Notes: generated by a model from the letters alone, not told the origin. A DNA stretch of 40,219 nt from an uncultured archaeon (GCA_964549685.1 CAZJVE010000010.1:1-40219); one strand, 5' to 3'; shown: positions 1-8,974, numbered from the stretch's first letter. Made by a program: numbers and translations.

Positions 1-657
1 GCGCAGTCAATTGCTGCCATGGCCTACGGAACGGAGACCATAAATCCAGTCAGCAAGATTATAGGGCCCGGAAACGTCTACGTGATGGCAGCGAAGATGC
101 TCGTCTACGGCAAAGTAGATATTGACAGCCCTGCAGGCCCCTCAGAAATCCTGATAATAGCCGACAAGTCAGCAAACCCGGAGTTCATCCAGGCCGACCT
201 TCTGGCGCAGGAGGAGCACGACCCGGATGCACAGGCCGTGGTGGTTACGGACTCTGAAAAACTGGCAGAAAAGATTGATGGAACCGTCGTCTTAACAAAA
301 ACTATAAGCGAATGCATAGAATTCGCAAACGACTACGCTCCAGAGCACCTTGAGATAATGTGCAGGAACCCGGAAAAGGTCTCGCAGAAGATTAGGAATG
401 CGGGGGCAATATTTCTCGGCGATTATTCTCCTGTGGCCGCGGGGGACTACTGCTCCGGCGGGAATCACGTCCTTCCCACTGCTGGAGCCGCGAAATTCTC
501 TTCCAGACTTGGGGTTGATGATTTCCTGAAGAAGGTCTCTGTCCAGAACCTGAGCAAGGAGGGTCTGGAGAGATTGAGAACTTCAGTAGAGAAGCTCTCC
601 GATGCCGAAGGCTTCAAGGCGCACAGGGATTCCATTAAGGCCAGATTCAAGGAATGA
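1..657 (+). CDS. hisD: Histidinol dehydrogenase, 5'-truncated by window edge
   Basis: Motifs [47 protein letters not shown]. The frame is open from base 1 ([10 protein letters not shown]). Confidence 0.96.
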   Translation, partial: AQSIAAMAYGTETINPVSKIIGPGNVYVMAAKMLVYGKVDIDSPAGPSEILIIADKSANPEFIQADLLAQEEHDPDAQAVVVTDSEKLAEKIDGTVVLTKTISECIEFANDYAPEHLEIMCRNPEKVSQKIRNAGAIFLGDYSPVAAGDYCSGGNHVLPTAGAAKFSSRLGVDDFLKKVSVQNLSKEGLERLRTSVEKLSDAEGFKAHRDSIKARFKE

Positions 658-661
658 TGTA

Positions 662-668
662 TTTTAAT
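662..668 (+). promoter_or_regulatory. Putative archaeal TATA box for a leaderless transcript
   Basis: TTTTAAT about 24 nt upstream of ATG 692, with no SD motif. Confidence 0.45.
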
Positions 669-691
669 CCAAGATTCCAATTCTTTACAAG

Positions 692-1891
692 ATGAAAGAG
701 GAGATTGAGCTTCGGGGCCATATAATTGATTCTCTTATTCTCCCGAGAGTGCTGGATGCCATAATGGATCTCAAGGGGAATTTTCAGATTCTTCAGCTCG
801 ACGTGGGCAAGACCAAGACTGATGAAAGCTATGCCAAGATTCTCGTTGACGGCCCTGCGGAGCTGTTTGATGAGCTGGAGAGGCTCGGCGCGCTGCTGCC
901 CAGAGAAGAGGTGAAGACCGAGGCGGCTCCGGCGGACAAGGCACTTCCGGATAAGTTCTATGGGACTACGCATCATCCGACCTCTGTCTATCTTGGCGGG
1001 AACTGGACACCGGTACAGGAGCTGGAGATGGACTGCGTCATCGTCATTGACGGCAACAAGGCGGTCTGCAAGAGGCAGGGGCTGGTCAAGAAGGGCGAGA
1101 ATGTTGTTGTAGGGCTGAAGGGCGTCAAGGTGGAGGCCCCGCAGCGCTCAAGAGAACCGACCGACATCTTTGGCTTCATGTCCTCGCAGATTTCTCCCGA
1201 GAAGCCGATAAACTCACTCATCAAAGACCTTGCAAAGGAGATGAAGAAGCTCAAGGACAATAAGGGATTCATCATCCATGTCGTTGGAACAGCGATGGCG
1301 CATACCGGGGCAGACAGGGCCCTGGCAGAATTGATAAAGATGGGCTACGCCCAGGCAATCTTCACAGGAAACGGATTTGCCGTCATGGATGTCGAGAAGC
1401 AGCTCTTTGGAACGACTCTCGGGATGGACGAGAAGACAGGCAGGGTCCTGAAGAGGGGCTACAAGAGCCACCTCGTTGCCATAAACGAGATTCATAAAGC
1501 AGGAGGGATAGAAAAGGCGGTCGAAAAGGGGGTCCTCAAGGACGGCGTCCTCTACAACTGCGTGAAAAAGAAGGTTCCCTTCGTCATCGGGGGCTCGCTC
1601 AGGGACGACGGTCCATTGCCAGATACAATAACGGATGTTATGGAGGCGCAGGACGAAATGCGAAAGCATGTCCAGGGCGCCGATATGTGCATGATTTACG
1701 CATCGATGCTGCATGGAATTGCAACCGGAAACATGCTTCCCTCCAAGGTCAAGACAGTCGCCATAGACATCAATCCCTATGTGGTTACAAGGCTGCAGGA
1801 CCGGGGCACGACGCACGCCCTGGGCATAGTATCCGACCCCGCAGTGGTTCTTCCGATGCTGGTGCAGGAGATTAAGAAGCTGGAGAAATAG
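692..1891 (+). CDS. TIGR00300 / LOR-SDH-like family protein (ornithine cyclodeaminase-like, related to the ArgZ/AgrE C-terminal module)
   Basis: N-terminal ELRGHIIDS, then MDCVIV, FGFMSSQISPEK, GSLRDDGPLPD, MLHGIATGNMLP and VTRLQDRG, all typical of this family. Confidence 0.85.
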   Translation: MKEEIELRGHIIDSLILPRVLDAIMDLKGNFQILQLDVGKTKTDESYAKILVDGPAELFDELERLGALLPREEVKTEAAPADKALPDKFYGTTHHPTSVYLGGNWTPVQELEMDCVIVIDGNKAVCKRQGLVKKGENVVVGLKGVKVEAPQRSREPTDIFGFMSSQISPEKPINSLIKDLAKEMKKLKDNKGFIIHVVGTAMAHTGADRALAELIKMGYAQAIFTGNGFAVMDVEKQLFGTTLGMDEKTGRVLKRGYKSHLVAINEIHKAGGIEKAVEKGVLKDGVLYNCVKKKVPFVIGGSLRDDGPLPDTITDVMEAQDEMRKHVQGADMCMIYASMLHGIATGNMLPSKVKTVAIDINPYVVTRLQDRGTTHALGIVSDPAVVLPMLVQEIKKLEK

Positions 1892-1950
1892 AATTCTAGC
1901 AGATATATTAAATTCTTGAATATTTCCCTCTTGATTCTGATATAATTAAC

Positions 1951-2024
1951 GGGCCCGTAGGGTAGTCTGGACATCCTTGGGGACTTCGGATCCCTAGACC
2001 TGGGTTCGAATCCCGGCGGGTCCG
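1951..2024 (+). tRNA. tRNA-Arg(UCG), intronless, CCA not encoded
   Basis: Cloverleaf: acceptor GGGCCCG/CGGGTCC, D arm GGGT..ATCC with A20, anticodon stem GGGGA/TCCCT with loop CT-TCG-GA, T arm CTGGG-TTCGAAT-CCCGG, discriminator G73. Confidence 0.95.
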
Positions 2025-2025
2025 T

Positions 2026-2697
2026 TCAATCTAATTTCTTCAACGCCCTCTCAACAGCGTTCGCTGTATTATGCGCCGAGAAGTGCAGCAGCGTATCCCC
2101 GGTCGTGTTGTCGAATTCCATGGAGGCCATGCAGGGATAATTATTATTCAGGAGCCCCGCCTTTATCGCTGCTCCCTCGACATTCGTCCCCGGGAGGTTC
2201 TCTGCAACGAAACTGGCGCAGCCGCAGGGGGTGTCTCTCTTTACCGTAACATTCTTTATGAATCCGCCCTCGACCTCGATTTTGAATTCGGGCAGGCCGA
2301 AGTGTTTTGCAAATTCGTCGATGAGGGGGTTGCCCTGCTTTACCAGGGTGCAGAAGGTTCTGGGGAAGGCGGAGGGGATTTCAAGTTCTTTCTCTATCTG
2401 CCTCCTGAGCCCGGGCTGCAACCAGAGGCCGTCGACTGCGACTATGGCTGCCTTGGCCCCGGCCTTCTTGGCGAGGAGAGGGAGCAATTCAATTTTTTTA
2501 GAGTTTTGAATCAGAAATAGAATCAAATCCGCTGCTGGAATTTCCTGGGGGAGGAATTCCTCAGGGTTGTCGGTGAGCTGCGGAAGTTCGATGTCAAGGC
2601 TCATGGATTCGAATTCCCAGTCGTCGGGGCCGTTGTCCCTGACCCAGTTCAGAATCCTCCTGCCGTACTCGTCATCGGCCAGAGCAAGAATTTTCAT
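2026..2697 (-). CDS. DUF166 family protein
   Basis: Motifs D-x-PEEFLP, FPRTFCTL, FG-x-PEF, RDTPCG, YPCMASM, D-T-LLH. Start placed at ATG 2697, just after the NifU stop. Confidence 0.8.
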   Translation of the reverse strand: MKILALADDEYGRRILNWVRDNGPDDWEFESMSLDIELPQLTDNPEEFLPQEIPAADLILFLIQNSKKIELLPLLAKKAGAKAAIVAVDGLWLQPGLRRQIEKELEIPSAFPRTFCTLVKQGNPLIDEFAKHFGLPEFKIEVEGGFIKNVTVKRDTPCGCASFVAENLPGTNVEGAAIKAGLLNNNYPCMASMEFDNTTGDTLLHFSAHNTANAVERALKKLD

Positions 2698-2701
2698 CCT
2701 A

Positions 2702-2926
2702 CTACTCAACAGATTCAACCGCCTTAATCTCAGGGATGTTGTCCTTGAGCGTGGCCTCTACGTAGTTCTTCAGCGTCATCTGGGACATGGGACAGCCAGC
2801 GCAATGACCCTGCAACCTCACCTTCACGGTTCCGTCATCGGTAACCTCAACCAGCTCTATGTCGCCGCCATCGGCCTGCAGGGCCGGCCTGATCTTCGCA
2901 AGAATCTCTTCAACCTTTTCTTTCAT
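2702..2926 (-). CDS. NifU/NfuA C-terminal domain Fe-S carrier protein
   Basis: IRPALQADGGDIELV and LQGHCAGCPMSQMTLK (CxxC). Confidence 0.93.
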   Translation of the reverse strand: MKEKVEEILAKIRPALQADGGDIELVEVTDDGTVKVRLQGHCAGCPMSQMTLKNYVEATLKDNIPEIKAVESVE

Positions 2927-2962
2927 AGTTTATATCAGTGGTATTAAGTTTATATAAGTCTG

Positions 2963-3226
2963 TTAGGGCTCTGTCTCCTTTTTCTTCTCTTTATCTGCGC
3001 CCTTCATCTTTTCGTAGAGCCCCTCACTAAGGCATTTCTCGGCATACTTGCACCATTCTAGGCAGGACTCTACATCGTTATAGATTGTGAAGCCACACTT
3101 GCCACACTTCGCACTCTCATCTGTAGAAAAGAGTTCCACCTCCGCACCACACTCCGGGCACTCTTTCAGTACAATCGTGGGCCTGAATACGGTGTCTGCT
3201 CCGGGGCATCTGCCCTGCGTTGTCAT
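2963..3226 (-). CDS. Small Cys-rich Zn-ribbon protein
   Basis: CPG..CPECGAEVELFSTDESAKCGKCG..CLEWCKYAEKC. ATG 3226 avoids overlap with the upstream gene. Confidence 0.75.
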   Translation of the reverse strand: MTTQGRCPGADTVFRPTIVLKECPECGAEVELFSTDESAKCGKCGFTIYNDVESCLEWCKYAEKCLSEGLYEKMKGADKEKKKETEP

Positions 3227-3239
3227 TTTCTCTGGAGTA

Positions 3240-3488
3240 TTAATCACTGATTCCGTATCTCTTCCTGTCCCTGAGCTCCGCCTTCTTTCCATCGTTCCAG
3301 CCCCCGACATTCTGGTAGTAGCCGGTAATCCGGGAATAGTGCTGGACGGGCCTTCCCCTGTAGGGCAATCTGGCCTCGTGCTCCCTGGCGCATTCCTCGG
3401 AGCATACTACGACACTCTCGTCCAGGTTGGATTGGAGGAACTCTCCTATCTTTTCCTTTCCGCAGACTATACAGTTAATTTTTCCCAT
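3240..3488 (-). CDS. Stand-alone class III RNR (NrdD) C-terminal glycyl-radical domain with an N-terminal CxxC...CSxxC metal-binding motif
   Basis: YSRITGYYQNVGGWNDGKKAELRDRKRY matches the NrdD R-x-x-G-Y radical loop and W-N-x-GK-x-x-E tail. Only 82 aa. Confidence 0.85.
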   Translation of the reverse strand: MGKINCIVCGKEKIGEFLQSNLDESVVVCSEECAREHEARLPYRGRPVQHYSRITGYYQNVGGWNDGKKAELRDRKRYGISD

Positions 3489-3490
3489 TT

Positions 3491-3511
3491 TAACTATCTT
3501 TTTTATAGTTA
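3491..3511. promoter_or_regulatory. Inverted repeat TAACTAT-N7-ATAGTTA, candidate operator
   Basis: Perfect 7-bp arms immediately upstream of the NrdD-like start, in a divergent intergenic region. Confidence 0.4.
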
Positions 3512-3623
3512 CTATGTATATAATATTATATTAATAAATATGCGGTGGTTTCCTTTTAGATAGTAATCTATTTAAAAGACGTAACCAATATGTAAGAGGC
3601 GATTGAGATAAAGAGGTGATAAA

Positions 3624-3845
3624 ATGAAAGTACCAAACGATGAGGAAACTATGAAGAAGTGTATATGTATGAACTGCCCGAGCCACAATGAGTGCATGAA
3701 GGGGAAAATGGAGGGATTCTTCTGCGCGAAGGATAAGGCAACCTGTGAATTCGATAAGGTGGGATGCGTCTGTGGAGAGTGTCCCATAACAGGTGAATTC
3801 CAGTTGTCTGGCGGCTACTGGTGCGAGGCGGGCATTGCCGAGTAA
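3624..3845 (+). CDS. DUF2769 family Cys-rich small protein
   Basis: CICMNCPS..C..FFCAK..C..GCVCGECPI..YWC, with SD GAGGTGA upstream. Confidence 0.8.
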   Translation: MKVPNDEETMKKCICMNCPSHNECMKGKMEGFFCAKDKATCEFDKVGCVCGECPITGEFQLSGGYWCEAGIAE

Positions 3846-3847
3846 AC

Positions 3848-3877
3848 GGGTGGGTTTAGCTCACCCTTTTACTTTTT
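3848..3877 (+). terminator. Hairpin plus T-tract, putative terminator between convergent genes
   Basis: GGGTGGG-TTTAG-CTCACCC followed by TTTTACTTTTT. Confidence 0.5.
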
Positions 3878-4147
3878 CTTAATTCTCACTTGCCAGACTG
3901 CCAGTCCAAGAAGAGAAACGAGAATCACTGCTGCTGTTGATGTGAAAGACGTTATCGGCATCGAGAGGTTCTTGTCGCCGAAGTAGAGAATGAACTGCGG
4001 TGTTAGGCCGAGAATCATGCCGACGCCGAGCCTTTCGGCTATGTCGAGGTCCTTTTTTGGAAATAAGGCAAGGCTCAGCAAGACTCCCGGAACCATCACG
4101 ATGAGAATCATGCCGATTGCAACTGTTGATATGGTAATTAAATCCAT
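3869..4147 (-). CDS. Small 3-TM membrane protein (DUF1616 N-terminus-like)
   Basis: VPG..L..ALFPKKDLDIAERLG..LGL hydrophobic pattern. Confidence 0.65.
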   Translation of the reverse strand: MDLITISTVAIGMILIVMVPGVLLSLALFPKKDLDIAERLGVGMILGLTPQFILYFGDKNLSMPITSFTSTAAVILVSLLGLAVWQVRIKKK

Positions 4148-4175
4148 GTATAGGAATTGGGATTCATTAAATAAA

Positions 4176-5222
4176 TTAAAGCATATCCAGCAGAAACCTC
4201 GGGGAATTCAGGAGCAGCCCGAATGTGAAGGAAGGATTCCTGAGTAGGGATGAAATCGACCTTGAGGCGAGGTCCATGTCGCCCCTTTTCTCAAGGCTCT
4301 CCCGGTGGTCGTTGACCATGGAGAAGAGCCGGTCCGTGTTTCTGTTGGAGAGCCTGTCGAGGAAGTTCCTGACAAGGAGATGGAGCCGAAGCTCTCTTCC
4401 TATATCTGCCCTCCAGAGTTTTTCGTAGTCTTTTTTGCAGGCGTGTCTTGCTGCCAGGCCGCCCATCACGACTCCGCCCCCGGTGGTTGCTTTCACATGG
4501 CCTGCTGAATCCCCCAGCGTTATGAATTTACCGTGGTCGGTCTTTATCCAGGGGTTATAGAGGGGGATAGTACCATAATTCTTTTTTAATATTTTTGAAT
4601 TTTTTATCCTTCCCTCCTGTCTCAGTTCCTTCACGAATTTATCAAGCCGCGGTGTCGGGTTCTCCCTGGCGCACAGCCCGACCCTGCAGTAGTCCCCTGC
4701 AGGAATTATCCAGGAGAAGAAACCGGGGACGTTGAAATGCAGCTCGACAAAGTCCGGGTCGCAGTCGACCTTCAGGTCGTACTGCGCTCCGAAGAGGAAT
4801 TTTTTTGGCAAGTCGAGGTCGAGTTTCCTGTGGAGCTGGTAGTTGGTTCCGGTAGCGAGAATGATTCTGTCTGCCTTGAGATTGTTGAGGTCGTCAATTC
4901 TTTCATTGATGAATTCAACACCAGAATCCACCGCAGAATTCAGGAGGTCCTCATCAAATCTCTGTCTGTCGACGACGTAGGCCTTGTCCTCCTTTGCCTT
5001 GATTTCAAGAAGTTTCTTTGAAGGAGAATATATTCTTGCCCCGCTGACTTTATTCAGGAATTCTGGTTTTATTCCAAGCCGTTCCATGCCTGAAATGCTG
5101 ATGAGGCCGGCGCACTGGACGGGCTGTTTCCTGTGCTCTTCATAGAGAGTGACGTCGTGCCCTTTGGAATGTAAGGCAGCAATGCAGCCTGCCGGGCCAG
5201 CTCCTATTATAGAAATCCTCAT
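4176..5222 (-). CDS. Geranylgeranyl reductase family FAD-dependent oxidoreductase
   Basis: IIGAGPAG, PVQCAGLIS, DR..FD, FSWIIP, LGDSAGHVKATTGGG. Confidence 0.88.
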   Translation of the reverse strand: MRISIIGAGPAGCIAALHSKGHDVTLYEEHRKQPVQCAGLISISGMERLGIKPEFLNKVSGARIYSPSKKLLEIKAKEDKAYVVDRQRFDEDLLNSAVDSGVEFINERIDDLNNLKADRIILATGTNYQLHRKLDLDLPKKFLFGAQYDLKVDCDPDFVELHFNVPGFFSWIIPAGDYCRVGLCARENPTPRLDKFVKELRQEGRIKNSKILKKNYGTIPLYNPWIKTDHGKFITLGDSAGHVKATTGGGVVMGGLAARHACKKDYEKLWRADIGRELRLHLLVRNFLDRLSNRNTDRLFSMVNDHRESLEKRGDMDLASRSISSLLRNPSFTFGLLLNSPRFLLDML

Positions 5223-6301
5223 TTCTCTCTAAGGTCAATGGTATCCATGGCATCCGGTCCAGTCGATATCAGAGATGCCTTGATTCCGATGCCCGATTCG
5301 ATCTTCTTTACATGGGCCTTTGCTCTTTCTGAGAGTTTCTCATACTCAGTAACCTTATAGCATTCTGGGAAAATCTTGTCCAGGCATGCGATGACTATGT
5401 CGGTCGCTCCGTTGACCATGGCGGAGTATTTTGCAAGCTCTATGTCGAAGTCCCCGATTCTTCTCCTTCGCTGGGTTACCGTTCCCTTCTCCCCGAGATA
5501 TTCAGCCAGGGTTTCATTCACGCTGCCTTCATCTATGCCCTTGTCCTTGGCGTCCTGGAGAACCTCCTTCCACAGGGGATAGTTGTCTATATTCTCCTCG
5601 GTTATCAGGGTATCGAGGGCACCCTCGCCGACCCTTGTTGTGTAGGCCTTGTAGATGACCATTACTCTATCAACCTTCGTCGGGCCTATGCCGATATCAA
5701 CAGCAGCCATGGAAGCAGAGGTGTCCTTTGATGTTACAAAAGGATAGGTGCCGTAGAAGAGAGAGAGGCCAAAGCCCTGGCTTGCTTCCAGGAGGACCTC
5801 CTTGCCAGCATCTATGGCAGAATTTACCTCAAGAGGTACATCAGCTAAAAACGGCTCCAGTTCAGGAATGTCCTTTGCTAGCTTTGCAGTCCTGTTTGCC
5901 CTCTCGGCATTGGCGGGACCGCAGCCACTGCCTGTGGTTCCAACCTTGTCCTTCAGGAACGAATTGGACGAGTCCTCTGTCCTGTGCTTTTCCTCTATGA
6001 TTGCGCATCTCTTGTCGAGGAAGATTCGACCCTTTATCCCCGTCACATCGACCTCCTTAAGGAATACCTCCGGATTTACCAAGACTCCTGCTCCAATCAT
6101 CAGTCTTGAGCTGTCGTTCACGAAACCGCACGGGACCATCCTCAGTCCGAATTCCTTCCCGTCCTTGTAGACAGTATGCCCGGCATTTGGCCCGACCCCT
6201 GCCCTTGCAACGATGTCCGGTTTGTCCTTTATGGCAAGGTATGATACTATCTTGCCCTTTCCCTCATCTCCAAAGTGTCCGCCTGTTATGATTGTTACCA
6301 T
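5219..6301 (-). CDS. purA: Adenylosuccinate synthetase (short archaeal form)
   Basis: FGDEGKGK, GPNAGHT, GTTGSGCGP, YPFVTS, TRVGEG, GTVT-x-RRRR, STGP. Confidence 0.96.
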   Translation of the reverse strand: MVTIITGGHFGDEGKGKIVSYLAIKDKPDIVARAGVGPNAGHTVYKDGKEFGLRMVPCGFVNDSSRLMIGAGVLVNPEVFLKEVDVTGIKGRIFLDKRCAIIEEKHRTEDSSNSFLKDKVGTTGSGCGPANAERANRTAKLAKDIPELEPFLADVPLEVNSAIDAGKEVLLEASQGFGLSLFYGTYPFVTSKDTSASMAAVDIGIGPTKVDRVMVIYKAYTTRVGEGALDTLITEENIDNYPLWKEVLQDAKDKGIDEGSVNETLAEYLGEKGTVTQRRRRIGDFDIELAKYSAMVNGATDIVIACLDKIFPECYKVTEYEKLSERAKAHVKKIESGIGIKASLISTGPDAMDTIDLREK

Positions 6302-6303
6302 TT

Positions 6304-6648
6304 TTATCTACCGTAGTCATCTTCCAGTCTCACTACATCCTCAGGATGATATGTGCTTACCTCGATGATAGTAACGTCCTCCTCCGGAACAAGACGATGA
6401 ACGTCGCCAGGGTTTAGGGTTATGGAGTCGCCCTCCTCCAGGAGAATCTCCTCCTTATCGCCCATTATCCTCAGCCTTCCCTTGAGGACATACATCGTCT
6501 CCTTCTTCTCCTTGTGATACTGGAGGCTTGAGCGCTCTCCTTTCCTAATCTCAAGGATTTTTCCCAGGTATTCCGGCTCCTCTGCCAGCCATATCTCCCT
6601 GCCCCAGGGCTTCTCAATGATTTTTGGCTTCCTTGATTTCATATTCAT
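6304..6648 (-). CDS. Cupin domain protein (mannose-6-phosphate isomerase type II C-terminus-like)
   Basis: EKPWG, SLQYH..K.E, HRL, EVST, DVVRLEDDYGR. Confidence 0.85.
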   Translation of the reverse strand: MNMKSRKPKIIEKPWGREIWLAEEPEYLGKILEIRKGERSSLQYHKEKKETMYVLKGRLRIMGDKEEILLEEGDSITLNPGDVHRLVPEEDVTIIEVSTYHPEDVVRLEDDYGR

Positions 6649-7318
6649 TTGCCATTGATGTGGAAATTCCGGCTCCGATAACCTCGATTCCGGAGTCGAC
6701 CAGCCTGAATTCCAGCCTCGCCCCTTCGGGCATGAACTTGTGCTTCCTCAGGATTGCTGCCCTTGAATTTTCGTTCTTTTCCAGCTCTATCATAATCTTC
6801 GACCAGTATTTCGTTATGTCCCCGCCAACCGGGGTTATGCCACCGGTCTCTATGTTCACATAAACCTGATTCGTGAGCAGTACTGGGATGTTGAATTGCC
6901 TTGCTATCCTGAGAAGCTGGGCCAACTGCCTGCCGAGACCCTTTATGTCCCTGTCCTCCTCGAGGCGATAGAGCATGGCTATCGAATCTACAATGACTAG
7001 GGATGCCTTCGAGCTCTCAACCACGTCGTGGAGCTTTTTTATGGCGACCTTCTGCTCGTCGAAGTCTGTAGGCTCGATTAGAACTACGTTCTCAAGGATG
7101 CTGTTGAGTCTGTCTGGGGCTATCTGCTCGAGCCTCTCGACAGAGAACCCTCCCTCGGGGTCGACGTAGATTACCTTCCCCTCTCGGGTGGCATTTGCCG
7201 TTGCGAGCAGGGCCAGGGTCGTCTTGCCTGAAGCCGGAGCACCATAGATGTGCGTCAGGTTCCTTTCAATGAGGCGGCCACCAAGAATTCCATCGAATTC
7301 CTTACTAATGCCTACCAT
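6614..7318 (-). CDS. radB: DNA repair and recombination protein RadB
   Basis: Walker A GAPASGKT, DPEGGFSVER, VDS, TNQVY, and the RadB-specific LRKHK (KHR-like) motif. Confidence 0.92.
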   Translation of the reverse strand: MVGISKEFDGILGGRLIERNLTHIYGAPASGKTTLALLATANATREGKVIYVDPEGGFSVERLEQIAPDRLNSILENVVLIEPTDFDEQKVAIKKLHDVVESSKASLVIVDSIAMLYRLEEDRDIKGLGRQLAQLLRIARQFNIPVLLTNQVYVNIETGGITPVGGDITKYWSKIMIELEKNENSRAAILRKHKFMPEGARLEFRLVDSGIEVIGAGISTSMANEYEIKEAKNH

Positions 7319-7346
7319 ATTAGATAGTTAGAATTAGCTGTTTAAA

Positions 7347-8429
7347 TCACCCAGCGTACTTTTCATACAGCTCCTTGCAGATTTCCCTGAGGTCATCCCT
7401 AGCATGCATGCCGCTCTTCTCGAAGTACTCCTCTACGAGGTCTTTGCTGATTTCAATCCTCTCGAGGCTCTTGAACTCCTCCTCGGCCGAGGGGACTATA
7501 TTGACATCGAGGATTTTGAAGCCCTGCTCCTGGCTCCAGTTGTGCCTGAGGTCGAAATAGTCCCCCTCCAGCTCGACGTTTATCCTGATTTGGAGGCATT
7601 CGGTCCTGCCCCTGTTGTCCTTTATGATGTCCTCGATAGTCTGGTTGACATCCTCTGGTTTCATGCTGCCCAGATTCCCTTTAACCGAGTCCATTATTGC
7701 TGACTTTACAGGGATGAACTCAACCTGGTTGAAATTCCTCAGGGTAATGAATCCTGTGGGATTCTCAGCCTCGTTGAAGCTTATTCTCTCAGTAGAACCA
7801 ACATAGTAGGATGGAGTTACGTCCATAAGTTCCTTTATCTCCTGGTGTTTATGGACATGACCAGAGAGAATGAGGTCGAATTTTCCTGCGGCTTCTCTGA
7901 GAACCTTAAGCGAGAGCTCGAACGGGCTGAGATAGCGCTCTATGCCATGGTGCAGGCACAGGATGTCGTAGTCATTCTTCTCGAACCCCGAGATTTCCGC
8001 TAATTTCTCCTCCGCGAGCTTTCTGCTCCGCAAGTATTGGAAGCCGTGGACTCCGACCCTCTTTCCATCAAGGTTCAGGGTGATATGAGGATTATCAGTG
8101 CTCAGGACATGGATGTTTTTATGCAAGTCAGAAAATATCGGCGTATATGCGGTCCCGAGATGGCCCTCAATCTCGTGGTTGCCGATGCATACAATAACCT
8201 GGGTTTTTTCTGCAAGCTCAATCAGCTTCGTTATCAGGGTGTGGAGGCTCTTTGGCTCAGGCCTTGGATGGTGTAGCAAATCACCGCCAAAGATTATCAG
8301 AGAGGGATTTAGCTCCATTGCCTTGGAGATTGCATCCCTGAAAGAATTCTCGTAGTCCAGGAGCCTCTGCTTCTTCATCCGGTGTCTGTAGCCGAGATGG
8401 CTGTCCGAGATGCAGCAGATGGTTGTCAT
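7347..8429 (-). CDS. mre11: Mre11/SbcD-family DNA repair exonuclease
   Basis: Metallophosphoesterase motifs SDSHLG, GGDLLH, GNHE, LHH, GHVH, and YVGSTERISFNE. Confidence 0.85.
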   Translation of the reverse strand: MTTICCISDSHLGYRHRMKKQRLLDYENSFRDAISKAMELNPSLIIFGGDLLHHPRPEPKSLHTLITKLIELAEKTQVIVCIGNHEIEGHLGTAYTPIFSDLHKNIHVLSTDNPHITLNLDGKRVGVHGFQYLRSRKLAEEKLAEISGFEKNDYDILCLHHGIERYLSPFELSLKVLREAAGKFDLILSGHVHKHQEIKELMDVTPSYYVGSTERISFNEAENPTGFITLRNFNQVEFIPVKSAIMDSVKGNLGSMKPEDVNQTIEDIIKDNRGRTECLQIRINVELEGDYFDLRHNWSQEQGFKILDVNIVPSAEEEFKSLERIEISKDLVEEYFEKSGMHARDDLREICKELYEKYAG

Positions 8430-8962
8430 TACTCCTTAGTGCAGTCCTCACAGAGAAGCCTTCCGTTCAGGTTAATGAGATTCTCGGAGTAGTTGCCGCA
8501 GACCTCGCAGATTCCGGATATTGTTCCAGCTGGCGAGGATATGTCTGCGATGTCCCACTCCGCATGCTCCTTTATGAGTGTGTGAACAGCCGGCTCTACG
8601 CTTACCAAATCGAAGACCGTGATGATTCCGACTATGTTGTTGCTCTGAGTTACCACAAGCCTCTTGACGTCATTCTCCCGCATCATCTTCGTTGCGTCGT
8701 CTATGTCCTTCTCAGGCGATATCGTAAGTAGTGGAGAGGTCATTACATCCGTTACGGATACTGTCTTGGGGTTCTTTCCTTCGGCCACTACGTTCACGAT
8801 TATGTCCGTGTCGGTCACCATGCCGACGCCCTTGCCATTGTCTATCACAATCACGGAGTCTATGTCGTTCTTCTTCATTATCTCTGCTACTCCGCTTATG
8901 CTCTCCTCAGGTGGTACGTAGATAACTCCCCTTGTCATTGCATCTCCAACACTCAGTTCCAT
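8429..8962 (-). CDS. CBS-pair protein with C-terminal Zn ribbon
   Basis: Two CBS repeats (V.DAMT.., V.DVMTSP) followed by GICEVCG..LLCEDC. Confidence 0.88.
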   Translation of the reverse strand: MELSVGDAMTRGVIYVPPEESISGVAEIMKKNDIDSVIVIDNGKGVGMVTDTDIIVNVVAEGKNPKTVSVTDVMTSPLLTISPEKDIDDATKMMRENDVKRLVVTQSNNIVGIITVFDLVSVEPAVHTLIKEHAEWDIADISSPAGTISGICEVCGNYSENLINLNGRLLCEDCTKE

Positions 8963-8974
8963 TTTTATCCTCTC

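Noticed and set aside
1951-2024. CGA reassignment to Ala suggested by G3:U70
   Set aside because: CGA encodes conserved Arg residues in hisF and purA, and the tRNA retains A20 and G73.
1951-2030. tRNA 3' end as an integration site
   Set aside because: No duplicate of the tRNA 3' end and no integrase seen in the window.
2026-3845. Selenocysteine or pyrrolysine read-through in the Cys-rich genes
   Set aside because: The ORFs end at expected family lengths, with no in-frame stop at conserved Cys positions.
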